Source of the DNA: Opitutaceae bacterium
GTDB lineage: Bacteria > Verrucomicrobiota > Verrucomicrobiia > Opitutales > Opitutaceae
DNA length: 64,000 nucleotides
Assembly (NCBI GenBank): GCA_026125215.1
Contig: JAHCLN010000002.1
Location: 14,896-78,895 of the forward strand
Direction: 5' to 3'
Of the stretch, positions 53,928-62,757 are shown piece after piece. The translations under genes were made by a program, and so were the position numbers. Each line of letters starts with the position of its first letter. Positions within the stretch are counted from its first letter, which is position 1. Below the pieces are notes generated by a model that ran no database searches, was not told the DNA's origin, and saw only the letters and a list, made by a program, of their open reading frames with translations.

Positions 53928-55530
53928 ACGTCGTCTCTGGGTTGCCCTCGGGCTGGCGCTGGCGGCTTACGTCGCGGTCGTCGTGATGGTGTTCACCCGG
54001 CCCGGCGCGGCGCTGTCCACCGACAAGCGGCCTGTGATCCGCATCGCGCACTGGCAGGTGGAGGTGGGCCCGCGCGAGGCGATGGAGGCGCTGGCCGCCG
54101 CCTACAATGCCCGCAATCCCGACGTGCGCGTCGAGGTGCTGGCCGTGCCCGGCAACGTCTATGTGCAATGGCTCCGCACGCAGCTCACCGGCGGCACGGC
54201 GCCCGACATCATTGAATTCGGTTTCTGGCTGCACGGGTCGCGCGACATCCCGGCGCGTTACTTCGCGCCGATCACCGACTACGTCGAGCAGCCCAATCCC
54301 TACAACCGCGGCACGCCGCAGGAACATGTGCGGTGGCGCGACACTTTTCTCGACGGCCTCAACACCAACGAGGGTTACATCCGCGACCTCAACAACTACT
54401 ACGCGGTGACGCTCTGCATGCTGAGCATGCGCCTCTTCTACAACGCCGACCTGCTGGAGGAAATCACCGGCTCGCGGGAGCCGCCGCGCACGTATGCCGA
54501 GCTGCAGGCGCTCGGCGCCGCCCTGCAAGGCCGCACGAGTCCGCGGGGCGCCGCGCTCGCGCTGTTTGCCGGCAGCAACTTCAACACCAACGTGACGATG
54601 GAGGTTCTGCTCGCCCGCACGGCGCTGTCGCTCAACCATGCCCGCGACCGGTTTCGGGAGCACGGCGCGGTGACGCGGGATTTTGCCCTCGATTACCTGC
54701 GCGGCGGCTGGGACTACCGGCAACCCGAGCTGGAGTCGGGCTTTGCGCTGCTGCGCGAGATCGCGCTGCTCACGCGGCCGGGTTTCCAGCAGCTGGAGCG
54801 CGATGCGGCGATGCAGGAGTTCATGCGCGGCGAGGCGGTGGCGATCTATACCGGCACCTGGGACGCCACGAGCCTGCAGAAGCTCTCGCCCTTCGATCTG
54901 GCCGTGGCGGAGTTTCCGCTGCCCGACCGCAGCCACCCGGCCGTGGGGGCGCACATATGGCTGCCGCAGTCGGAGGGGCAGGTGGGCACCGCCGCGCCGT
55001 TTTTCCTCAACAATGCCAGCCCGCACCGGGAGGCGGCGATCGATTTCATGCGCTTCATGACGAGCGTGCCGGGCAATCAGATCTTCGTGGAGGCAAGCGG
55101 CTGGCTGCCGTCCGTCGAGGGGGTCGAGGTGCCCGATCACCTGCGGCCGCACCTGCCGCGCCGCGACGGCTGGATGGGCCGGTCCGCCATTCTGCGGGCT
55201 TTCGGGGCCGAGACCTCCACCCTCTGGCAGCGCCTGGCCCACCGGCTGGTGAGCCGGGAGGGCGGGGTGGAACCGTTTTTGACCACCTTTGCGCCTGCCT
55301 TTGCGGATGCGCTGCGCACCGACCTCACCCGGGACGCCCGCAACGCCCTCGACAGCATACGCCGTCAGGTGCCCGCTCTCGCCGGGCTCGCCACGCTGGA
55401 CCGTCTTGAGGGCGTGGACCCCGCGCGGCTGGCCAACCGGCTGGAGCGCGAGGCCAGCCAGCACCTCACCGAGGCGCGTTACTACGAGACGCTCGCCGTC
55501 CTCGACAAGGGTCCGGCCGTCACACAGTGA
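53917..55530 (+). CDS. membrane-anchored ABC-type extracellular solute-binding protein (family 1-like)
   Basis: N-terminal TM anchor LWVALGLALAAYVAVVVMVF, then IRIAHWQVEVGPREAMEALAAAYNARNPDVRVEV, typical of SBPs. No permease or ATPase genes nearby. Confidence 0.65.
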   Translation: MPRKRRLWVALGLALAAYVAVVVMVFTRPGAALSTDKRPVIRIAHWQVEVGPREAMEALAAAYNARNPDVRVEVLAVPGNVYVQWLRTQLTGGTAPDIIEFGFWLHGSRDIPARYFAPITDYVEQPNPYNRGTPQEHVRWRDTFLDGLNTNEGYIRDLNNYYAVTLCMLSMRLFYNADLLEEITGSREPPRTYAELQALGAALQGRTSPRGAALALFAGSNFNTNVTMEVLLARTALSLNHARDRFREHGAVTRDFALDYLRGGWDYRQPELESGFALLREIALLTRPGFQQLERDAAMQEFMRGEAVAIYTGTWDATSLQKLSPFDLAVAEFPLPDRSHPAVGAHIWLPQSEGQVGTAAPFFLNNASPHREAAIDFMRFMTSVPGNQIFVEASGWLPSVEGVEVPDHLRPHLPRRDGWMGRSAILRAFGAETSTLWQRLAHRLVSREGGVEPFLTTFAPAFADALRTDLTRDARNALDSIRRQVPALAGLATLDRLEGVDPARLANRLEREASQHLTEARYYETLAVLDKGPAVTQ

Positions 55531-56245
55531 CGCGCCGCAGGTTGTCGCACACGATGGCCGCGGCGACAGCAGCATTGAGCGACTCCGCCCCGCCGTAACG
55601 CGGGATGGTGACATAATGGGTTACCAGCGGCCTGGTCGCCGCCGAAAGGCCGCGACCTTCGCTGCCGATGACGATCACGGCGTCGCGCCGTGGCTCCAGC
55701 GTGTGCACGTCGGCCCCGTTGAGGTCGCAGCCCAGCACCGGCGTGGTGGCGGGCAGGCCGGCGAGGGCGGCGGCGGGGTCGGCGGTGTGCACGGCCACAC
55801 GCGCGAAGGAGCCCATGCTGGCGTTGATCACCTTCTGGGAAAACAGGTCGGCGCAGTCGGGTGAGAGCACCACCCGGTCGAGGCCGAACCAGTCGGCGAT
55901 ACGCAGGAGCGTGCCGACATTTCCGGGATCCTGCACGCCGTCGAGGAGGAGGGTGAGCCCGCGGGTAAGGCCGGCGGCCGGCAGCGGCCGGCGGTGGATC
56001 CGGCCGACGGCCAGCACGCCGGACGGAGTCGGGAAGTGGCTCGCCTTGGTCATTTCCTCCGGGGTCAGCCGGTGGGTGGCTTGGCCCGGCCAGTCTGCGG
56101 TGGCGTGGATTTCCTCGAAGACAAATCCCGCCGCCAGCAATTCGCCCACGACCTTTTCCCCCTCGACCACGAACAGTCCCGCCGCTTCGCGGTGTTTTTT
56201 GTCGCGCAGCGAACGGAGGCGCTGGAGCTCGGCCTTGGTGGGCAT
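55520..56245 (-). CDS. TrmH/SpoU-family RNA 2'-O-methyltransferase
   Basis: FVVEGEKVV, DGVQDPGNVGTLLRIADWFG and SLNAAVAAAIV motifs. Confidence 0.85.
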   Translation of the reverse strand: MPTKAELQRLRSLRDKKHREAAGLFVVEGEKVVGELLAAGFVFEEIHATADWPGQATHRLTPEEMTKASHFPTPSGVLAVGRIHRRPLPAAGLTRGLTLLLDGVQDPGNVGTLLRIADWFGLDRVVLSPDCADLFSQKVINASMGSFARVAVHTADPAAALAGLPATTPVLGCDLNGADVHTLEPRRDAVIVIGSEGRGLSAATRPLVTHYVTIPRYGGAESLNAAVAAAIVCDNLRRVTV

Positions 56246-56334
56246 GCCGGCAGTGTTGGCGGCGGCGGCGCGGGTGCAATCCTGCGCGTGGTTGCATCCG
56301 GGAGAAAAATCCCCACGTATCGCCGGACTTTCTT

Positions 56335-58341
56335 ATGACCACACCTTTTGGTTGGGGAATACTGGCCACCGGCCGGATCGCGGGAATTTTTGCGCAGGGC
56401 GTCGCCCGGTCGCAACACAGCCGGCTCGTCGCCGTGGGGAGCCGCACTCCGGCCAGCGCGGAGCGGTTTGCCAAGGAGTTCGGGGTGCCGCGGGCGCACG
56501 GTTCCTACGAGGCGCTGCTGGCCGATCCGGAGGTGCAGGCGGTTTACATCGCCGTGCCGCATCCGCAGCACGTGGAGTGGGCGGTGAAGGCCGCGGAGGC
56601 CGGCAAGCACATCCTGTGCGAGAAACCGATCGGCCTGAACCGCGCGGAGGCGATGGTCATGGCGGAAGCGGCCCGCGAACACGGCGTGCTGCTGATGGAG
56701 GCGTTCATGTATCGCTGCCACCCGCAGACGGCGAAGATCGTGGAACTCGTGCGCAGCGGGGCGTTGGGCGAGGTAAAGCTCGTGCAGGCGTCGTTCGGCT
56801 TCAACGCGCCCTTCAACGCCGCCTCGCGGCTGTGGGCCAACGCGGCCGGCGGCGGCGGCATACTCGACGTGGGCTGCTACCCGGTGTCGCTGGCCCGGCT
56901 GATTGCCGGTGCCATGAGCGGCCGGCCGTTCTTGGATCCGGTGGCGGTTACGGGCGCCGGACAATTGCATCCGGAGACGGGCGTGGACGTCGTGGCGGCT
57001 GCGACGTTGAAGTTCGCCAACGGCCTCGTTGCGCAGGTGGCGACGAGCGTCGGTGTCGGGCAGGACAACTCCGCCCGCCTCTACGGCACGGCGGGCATGC
57101 TGCACGTGCCTTCGCCGTGGATTCCTCCGAGTGACGGCGAGGCCGCGAAGCTCTTCCTGCATAAGGACGGCAAGGTGGAGGAGATCGCGATCGTCACCCC
57201 CGCCGCCCTCTACGGGCTCGAGGCCGATGCGGTCGCCCGGGCGCTGGCCGCGGGCCGGCGCGAAACCGAGGCGATGAGCGTGGCCGACACGCTGGGCAAC
57301 ATGGCCGCGCTGGATGCGTGGCGCGCGGCGGTCGGCCTCGTTTACGAGCAGGAGAAACCGGAGAACTTCCGCCACACCCACGCGCGCCGCCCTCTGCGCC
57401 GCCGACCGGGCCCGTTGATCCCCTCCGCCGCCATCGCCGGTTTGGACAAGCCCGTTTCGCGCCTGATCATGGGCTGCGACAACCAGGAGACGATGGCGCA
57501 CGGTGCGGCCGTCTGGGACGACTATTATGAACGCGGCGGCCTGACCTTCGACACGGCTCATATCTACGGCGGCGGGTTGCAGGAGAAGCTGCTCGGCCAC
57601 TGGGTTAAACATCGCGGGCTGCGCGAGGAAGTGAGCCTGATTGTGAAGGGTGCGCATACGCCCTTTTGCAATCCGGACGATCTGGTCCGGGAGTTCGACA
57701 TCTCGCTCAACCGGCTGCAGACCGGTTACGCCGATCTCTACGTGATGCACCGCGACAATCCCGACGTGCCGGTGGGGGAGTTTGTGGACGTGCTGAACGA
57801 GCAGGTGCGGGCCGGGCGCATCCGCGTCTTCGGCGGCTCCAACTGGTCGCTGCCGCGCATCGCCGCGGCCAACCGTTACGCGGCGCGCAAAGGCCTCCAG
57901 GGCTTCGGCGTGGTGAGCAACAACTTCAGCCTCGCCCGCATGGTGAACCCCGTGTGGGGCGGTTGCATCGCCGCATCCGACCCGGATTCGCGGCGTTGGC
58001 TGAAGAAACACCAGTTTCCGCTGCTGGCCTGGTCGAGCCAGGCGCGCGGCTTCTTCACCGACCGCGCCGGGCCGGACAAGCGCGACGACGAACAGCTCGT
58101 GCGTTGCTGGTATAGCGACGACAACTTCGCCCGTCGCGAGCGGGCCGTCGCGCTGGCGGCGAAGAAGGGTGTCACCCCCATCGCCATCGCCGCGGCCTAT
58201 GTGCTGCACCAGCCGTTCCCAACCTTTGCCCTCATCGGCCCGCGCTTCATCCACGAGACGGTGAGCTCGCTCGACTGCCTCAAGGTCGAGCTGACTCCGC
58301 GCGAGCTGGCTTGGCTCAACCTCGAGCGCGAGCGGCTCTGA
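56335..58341 (+). CDS. fusion of a Gfo/Idh/MocA oxidoreductase and an aldo/keto reductase
   Basis: N-terminal half GILATGRIAG...HILCEKP. C-terminal half FDTAHIYGGG...LYVMHRDNP...FGGSNW is typical of AKRs. Confidence 0.8.
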   Translation: MTTPFGWGILATGRIAGIFAQGVARSQHSRLVAVGSRTPASAERFAKEFGVPRAHGSYEALLADPEVQAVYIAVPHPQHVEWAVKAAEAGKHILCEKPIGLNRAEAMVMAEAAREHGVLLMEAFMYRCHPQTAKIVELVRSGALGEVKLVQASFGFNAPFNAASRLWANAAGGGGILDVGCYPVSLARLIAGAMSGRPFLDPVAVTGAGQLHPETGVDVVAAATLKFANGLVAQVATSVGVGQDNSARLYGTAGMLHVPSPWIPPSDGEAAKLFLHKDGKVEEIAIVTPAALYGLEADAVARALAAGRRETEAMSVADTLGNMAALDAWRAAVGLVYEQEKPENFRHTHARRPLRRRPGPLIPSAAIAGLDKPVSRLIMGCDNQETMAHGAAVWDDYYERGGLTFDTAHIYGGGLQEKLLGHWVKHRGLREEVSLIVKGAHTPFCNPDDLVREFDISLNRLQTGYADLYVMHRDNPDVPVGEFVDVLNEQVRAGRIRVFGGSNWSLPRIAAANRYAARKGLQGFGVVSNNFSLARMVNPVWGGCIAASDPDSRRWLKKHQFPLLAWSSQARGFFTDRAGPDKRDDEQLVRCWYSDDNFARRERAVALAAKKGVTPIAIAAAYVLHQPFPTFALIGPRFIHETVSSLDCLKVELTPRELAWLNLERERL

Positions 58342-58372
58342 CCCGCCCGCTGCCGCTTGATCCCAAGTAAAG

Positions 58373-58417
58373 CCGCTGCCGAAAGTGTAACCCATTGGGT
58401 TACACTTTCGGCAGCGG
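58373..58417. terminator. perfect 45-nt palindrome (22-bp arms) 32 nt after the oxidoreductase stop; no U-tract
   Basis: ccgctgccgaaagtgtaaccca-t-tgggttacactttcggcagcgg. An upstream copy cccgcccgctgccg (58342-58355) can pair alternatively with cggcagcgggcggg (58409-58422). Confidence 0.5.
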
Positions 58418-58483
58418 GCGGGCGGCGGAATTCCTGTTGTCAGCGTGGCCGGCTGGGGCAGCATGGCGGCAAACACCCGTCCC

Positions 58484-59677
58484 ATGAAACGCTTTGCCCC
58501 GCTGATCCTGGTTGTGCTGATGATTGCCGTGATTGTGACGCCCCTGTGGGCGGCCTCCGCGCCGGCCCCCGCCAAAAGCAAGGCGCCGGGAGCGGAGCTG
58601 GCGGCAACCATCACGGCTGTCACGGGCATGGCCATCTCGCCGTTGCTCGGCGCGGGCGGCTACGGGGCCTACCAGTGGTTCACGGCCAAGGACGACGCGG
58701 CGCGGGCCGCCCTGCCGTGGTATGCGCAGATGAGTTTCTGGCTGCCGGCGCTGGCGCTCGTGGGCGCGGTGGCGGCGAAGGATTCCCTCGGAGCCGTGTT
58801 GCCGCCGGGCTGGAAGAAACCGCTCGACGTGCTGGAGACGGTGGAAAACAAGGCCACCGGGCTGGTGGCCGCAGGCGCCATCATCCCGTTTACGATGGAC
58901 GCCTTCAGCAAGATGTTGGTGGCGGGCGTGGAGACCGCGGACCCCGCCGCACCCACTGGGCTGGCGATGATTCATCTCGGGGCGATCGACTTTTCCTGGC
59001 TGCTGAACCTGCTGACCGTGCCCTTCGGCATCGCGGTCTTTGCGATCGTCTGGATGGCTTCGCATGCGATCAACGTGCTCATTCTCCTCAGTCCCTGGGG
59101 CGCGATTGATGCGGCGCTCAAGGGCGCCCGGACCGCGCTGCTCGGTCTGTTGACCCTCACGGCGACGATGAACCCCTGGATCAGCGCGGCGCTGTCGGTG
59201 GTCATCATCATCATCGCCTATTTCGTGGCGGGCTGGGCCTTCCGGCTCACGGTTTACGGCGGCATTTTCAGCTGGGATTTTTTCACGCTGCGACGGGCGC
59301 GCTACCGGGTGCGGCCCGACGAGAACAAGGTCTTTGCCGGCGGCAACCTGCCCGAGACGCCGGTGCGCACCTACGGGCGTTTGCGGCAGACCGACGACGG
59401 GCTGGTCTTCGCCTACCGGCCCTGGCTGGTGCTGCCGGAACGCACGGTGAAGGTTGCGGGTGACAATCTGTCGGTCGGCAAAGGGTTGTTTTTCTCCACC
59501 GTCATCACCGGGAAGGAAGAAACGTATTTCATCCTGCCGCCGCGTTACCGCGGCCATGAGGACGAACTGGTGAAAGCCTACGGCTGGACGGGAGTGCAAC
59601 CGGCCGGATTGCGCAAGGCCTGGAGTGTCGTGCGCGAACTCTTCGGTGGTGGTGCGGCAAAGACCCAGGTGGCATGA
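58484..59677 (+). CDS. polytopic membrane protein with a soluble C-terminal domain, function unknown
   Basis: Start MKRFAPLILVVLMIAVIV. About 7 hydrophobic segments, then about 130 soluble residues. Confidence 0.5.
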   Translation: MKRFAPLILVVLMIAVIVTPLWAASAPAPAKSKAPGAELAATITAVTGMAISPLLGAGGYGAYQWFTAKDDAARAALPWYAQMSFWLPALALVGAVAAKDSLGAVLPPGWKKPLDVLETVENKATGLVAAGAIIPFTMDAFSKMLVAGVETADPAAPTGLAMIHLGAIDFSWLLNLLTVPFGIAVFAIVWMASHAINVLILLSPWGAIDAALKGARTALLGLLTLTATMNPWISAALSVVIIIIAYFVAGWAFRLTVYGGIFSWDFFTLRRARYRVRPDENKVFAGGNLPETPVRTYGRLRQTDDGLVFAYRPWLVLPERTVKVAGDNLSVGKGLFFSTVITGKEETYFILPPRYRGHEDELVKAYGWTGVQPAGLRKAWSVVRELFGGGAAKTQVA

Positions 59678-60063
59678 GCCGCGCGGTGCTCATCGCCCGC
59701 TGGCTGGCGGCCATCTTTTTCACGGTCGCGGGAGCGAATCATTTCCTGAATCCCGGGATCTACCTCGGGATGATGCCGCCCTGGCTGCCGTGGCCTGAGG
59801 CACTCAACTACCTCAGCGGCGCGGCGGAGATTGCCGGCGGCCTCGGGCTGCTGTGGGCCGGCACGCGGCGGCTCGCGGGCTGGGGGCTGATTGCCCTGCT
59901 GGTCGCGATTTTTCCGGCCAACGTGCATGTGGCGCTGCAGGGCGAGATGCCCGGGCTCGACGTCTCCCCGCTCACCCTCTGGCTGCGGTTGCCGTTTCAG
60001 GCGGTCTTCATCGCGTGGGTGTGGTGGGTGGCCGTGCGAGCTGAAACTCGGGCCGCGCCCTGA
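59674..60063 (+). CDS. DoxX-like small membrane protein
   Basis: 129 aa. FTVAGANHFLNPGIY...AEIAGGLGLL pattern. ATG overlaps the upstream stop (ATGA). Confidence 0.6.
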   Translation: MSRAVLIARWLAAIFFTVAGANHFLNPGIYLGMMPPWLPWPEALNYLSGAAEIAGGLGLLWAGTRRLAGWGLIALLVAIFPANVHVALQGEMPGLDVSPLTLWLRLPFQAVFIAWVWWVAVRAETRAAP

Positions 60064-60322
60064 GGGCGGCCTACCGCGCGCTGAAAAGGCGCCGGACGGG
60101 GGTCGGCAGGAGGTGCTGGCGCAGAAAGTCCGGGCCGTGGCGGGCGGCGAGCAAATCACGGGCAGGGAGGGATATGCGGCGAGCGTGGGCGTGGCTCCGA
60201 GGAGGGCAAGTGCAAGCCCAGAAACCCTGCAACCGGCCGGCCGGCCGGCGCGTAACAGGATATGCGGGCCAAGACGTCAAACGGCTTTACGAGACCGCAT
60301 TGCCATTCCTTATTCACCTTCC

Positions 60323-60886
60323 ATGCGCAGCGAAATCCTTCAAGACCAAGCGGCCCTTTACGTATCCGGAGCCATGACGGCCCCGGAACGCGAGAGCTTG
60401 GAGGTCGTTTTGGAATTTCACGACGGGCTGCGGGCCGCGGTGGCGCAGATGCAGCAGGTGGTGGCGGCGGTGACCTTGGCCAAGGGTGTCGGTGCCGCGA
60501 AGCCGTCCGCGCAGCTCAAGCAGCGCATCCTGACCGCGGCCGGAAGTTCGCCGCGGGCGGAGAAAGACTGTCTCGTCGTGACCACCCCGGCCGGCTTGGT
60601 GGAGTGGGTGAATGCCGAGTTTACGGCGATGTGCGGCTATGAACTCGCCGAGCTGAAGGGCCGCAAGCCCGGTTCGTTGCTGCAAGGGCCGGACACGGAT
60701 CCTGCGGCGGTCGCCCGCATCCGCGCCGCGCTGCGCGAGCGCCGGCCCTGCCGCGAGACCCTCGTCAATTACCACAAGGACGGCACCGCTTACCGGGCCG
60801 ACATCCGCATCAGCCCGGTGCTCGCCGAGGAAGGCGAGCCGCTGTGGCTCGTGGCGCGGGAGCGGAAATTGCCGGACGTAGCCTGA
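60323..60886 (+). CDS. soluble protein with an anti-sigma-like N-terminal helix region and a LOV-like PAS domain
   Basis: N-terminus QDQAALYVSGAMTAPERESLEVVLEFHDGLRAAV. PAS domain GRKPGSLLQGPDTD...LVNYHKDGTAYRADIRISPV. Confidence 0.7.
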   Translation: MRSEILQDQAALYVSGAMTAPERESLEVVLEFHDGLRAAVAQMQQVVAAVTLAKGVGAAKPSAQLKQRILTAAGSSPRAEKDCLVVTTPAGLVEWVNAEFTAMCGYELAELKGRKPGSLLQGPDTDPAAVARIRAALRERRPCRETLVNYHKDGTAYRADIRISPVLAEEGEPLWLVARERKLPDVA

Positions 60887-60914
60887 TGGGATCGGACGCC
60901 GCTTGGCGCCGCGC

Positions 60915-61403
60915 TCACTCAACAGCCGGCACCCGGGACAGGTCGAACTTGAGTTCGCCGCGGGAGCCATCCCGCCGGCGCATCGTCACGGTGATCTGCA
61001 GGCGCGCGGGGTCGGGGGAGTGAAAACGCGCCGGACCAAACACCGCTTCGCGCTCGCCCAGAAAAGTGAGCGGCCACTCCAGGCGTTCGTCCTTTTCCTC
61101 CCAGCCGCGCAGGTCGGCATGAAAGTGCTTGAGGCGCAGCATCAGCGAATCTCCCTCCTCGCGGATCAGGAGAATTTCATAGAACACCGGCCCTTCCGGT
61201 CCGTCCTGCCGGAAGACGCCCACCATCGCGCCATCCCGGGGCGGTCCCCAGATTTCCTCCGCCTCGCCGCCGGCCCCGGGGCCGCGCCAGTGTCCGGCGA
61301 GCCACGCCACCGCCTCGATCCCGGCGACCGGGGCGGAGTCTGGCGCGGCGGCCAACCCGAACGGCCAGAGGGTGAGCAGGCAAAGCAGGACGCACCGTTT
61401 CAT
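60915..61403 (-). CDS. DUF6265-like (lipocalin-like) secreted protein
   Basis: Signal MKRCVLLCLLTLWPFGLAAA. WLAGHWRG...EEIWGPPRDGAMVGVFR pattern. Alternative start at 61421. Confidence 0.55.
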   Translation of the reverse strand: MKRCVLLCLLTLWPFGLAAAPDSAPVAGIEAVAWLAGHWRGPGAGGEAEEIWGPPRDGAMVGVFRQDGPEGPVFYEILLIREEGDSLMLRLKHFHADLRGWEEKDERLEWPLTFLGEREAVFGPARFHSPDPARLQITVTMRRRDGSRGELKFDLSRVPAVE

Positions 61404-61447
61404 GCCGGCAAGGTGGGGCAAACCTCCGTGCCGGACAATCTTTCAAT

Positions 61448-61966
61448 CTACGCGCCGGCGGTTGGGCTGGAGTGCGGCGCGGGCAGTTTCAGCTCCCAAT
61501 AGCCGACATCGATCCACCGGCCGAATTTCCAGCCCACCTCGTGAAAATGCGCGGCCGGGCGAAAGCCCAGACGTTCGTGCAGCGCCACGCTGGCGGCGTT
61601 GGGCAGGGCGATGCCGCCGATGACCGTGTGCAGGCCCATGGATGCGAGGCGGGCGAGCAGCGCCGTGTAAAGCTGCGTGCCGAGACCCCGCCCCGTGGCC
61701 GACGGCTCGAGATAGACGGTGGACTCGGCGGCGAAGCGGTAGGCACTGCGGGTTTTCCAAGGACCGGCGTAGGCGTAGCCCAGCACCTGGCCGGACTCTT
61801 CCCACGCCAGCCACGGAAAACCGGCGGCGATCGTCAGGTCCAGCCGCCGCGCCATTTCCGCCGGCGTCACCGGAGTCTCCTCAAAGGTGACGACTGTGTC
61901 CGTGATGTAGTGGTTGTAGATGGCGGCGAGCGGACCGGCATCGGCGGGAGTGGCGGGGCGAATCAT
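61448..61966 (-). CDS. GNAT N-acetyltransferase (phosphinothricin acetyltransferase-like)
   Basis: MIRPATPADAGPLAAIYNHYI...VTFE and RGLGTQLY motif A. Confidence 0.8.
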   Translation of the reverse strand: MIRPATPADAGPLAAIYNHYITDTVVTFEETPVTPAEMARRLDLTIAAGFPWLAWEESGQVLGYAYAGPWKTRSAYRFAAESTVYLEPSATGRGLGTQLYTALLARLASMGLHTVIGGIALPNAASVALHERLGFRPAAHFHEVGWKFGRWIDVGYWELKLPAPHSSPTAGA

Positions 61967-62017
61967 GGCGGGATGGGTTGGAACACTGAGCACCGCCTGT
62001 GCCAGCGAAGCCGCGAT

Positions 62018-62701
62018 TCACCGTCCACCGAACGTGCGGGGGCCGGAGGCCACAGTTTCGCCGAAAGACACGCCCCACAGCATGGGCTCGGCCTGCACGC
62101 CGGGATCGGCGTCGGGCGCGAGATGGGCGAAGACGTCCTTGAACCGCAGGCTGCACTGGAGCCGGCGCTGGGTCTTGGAGTCGATCTTCGGGTTGAGGAC
62201 GATGAGGCTTTGCGTGAAGGGCGGGGCATTTTTCATCGCCTGCGCGCGGCGGCGTGCTTCGCGGTAGTCGAGCGAGCGGTCTTTGATCACCGCATCGAGC
62301 TTTTCGAGGTCGGCGCGTGTCACCGGCCCCCAGAGTTTTCGCCACTGCTCCGGGGTGACGGTGATGGCGGTGATGTTCACGAAACGTTTTGCTCCGTCCT
62401 CCTGCCGCCAGAAGCCGAGGACGAGGAGGAAGGGTTCGTTGATGTCGAACTGTTGCAGCGCGTCGCCGAGGCCGACGGGCGAGCCGTGCTTCACGGCCTT
62501 GGGGTTCACCGGCAGTCCGCCGTGGCGCGTGTTTACCTCCGCCGGGATGTCCCATTTCTGCGTGTAGCGCGACGGCCGGTAGCCGTCGAAGAAGGTGTCG
62601 CACACCCAGCGCTCGAAAACGAGGCCGTGCGACTGCACCTCCTGCGCGGGCAGCGCGACGGCCAGCCAGAGCGCGGCGACGAGACTGAAAATCCGGCGCA
62701 T
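62018..62701 (-). CDS. secreted hypothetical protein, 227 aa
   Basis: Clear signal peptide MRRIFSLVAALWLAVALPAQE. No family recognised. Confidence 0.5.
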   Translation of the reverse strand: MRRIFSLVAALWLAVALPAQEVQSHGLVFERWVCDTFFDGYRPSRYTQKWDIPAEVNTRHGGLPVNPKAVKHGSPVGLGDALQQFDINEPFLLVLGFWRQEDGAKRFVNITAITVTPEQWRKLWGPVTRADLEKLDAVIKDRSLDYREARRRAQAMKNAPPFTQSLIVLNPKIDSKTQRRLQCSLRFKDVFAHLAPDADPGVQAEPMLWGVSFGETVASGPRTFGGR

Positions 62702-62757
62702 TTCGGCTCGCAGGATGGCGGGGCCGCGCCAAGGTGCAACGCGGCAAATTGCTTCCC

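Noticed and set aside
3546-58417. Idea that the palindromes following stop codons are integron attC sites marking gene cassettes.
   Set aside because: No intI integrase is present, and there are no conserved R/L box (GTTRRRY) ends. The flanking genes are ordinary chromosomal genes in mixed orientations.
60323-60886. Interpretation of the PAS domain as a functional blue-light LOV photoreceptor.
   Set aside because: The adduct-forming Cys is absent (GRKPGSLLQG versus GRNCRFLQG). The conserved Gln and at least one flavin-contacting Asn also appear replaced. Only LOV-like ancestry or similarity is claimed.
62018-62701. Possible PD-(D/E)xK nuclease-like pattern (HGLVFERW ... WDIP ... PVNPKAVK) in the secreted 227-aa protein, which could hint at a restriction or defence nuclease.
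   Set aside because: The match is only a loose spacing pattern. The acidic residue of the ExK motif is Asn, the protein has a clear secretion signal, and there is no methyltransferase or defence-gene context.
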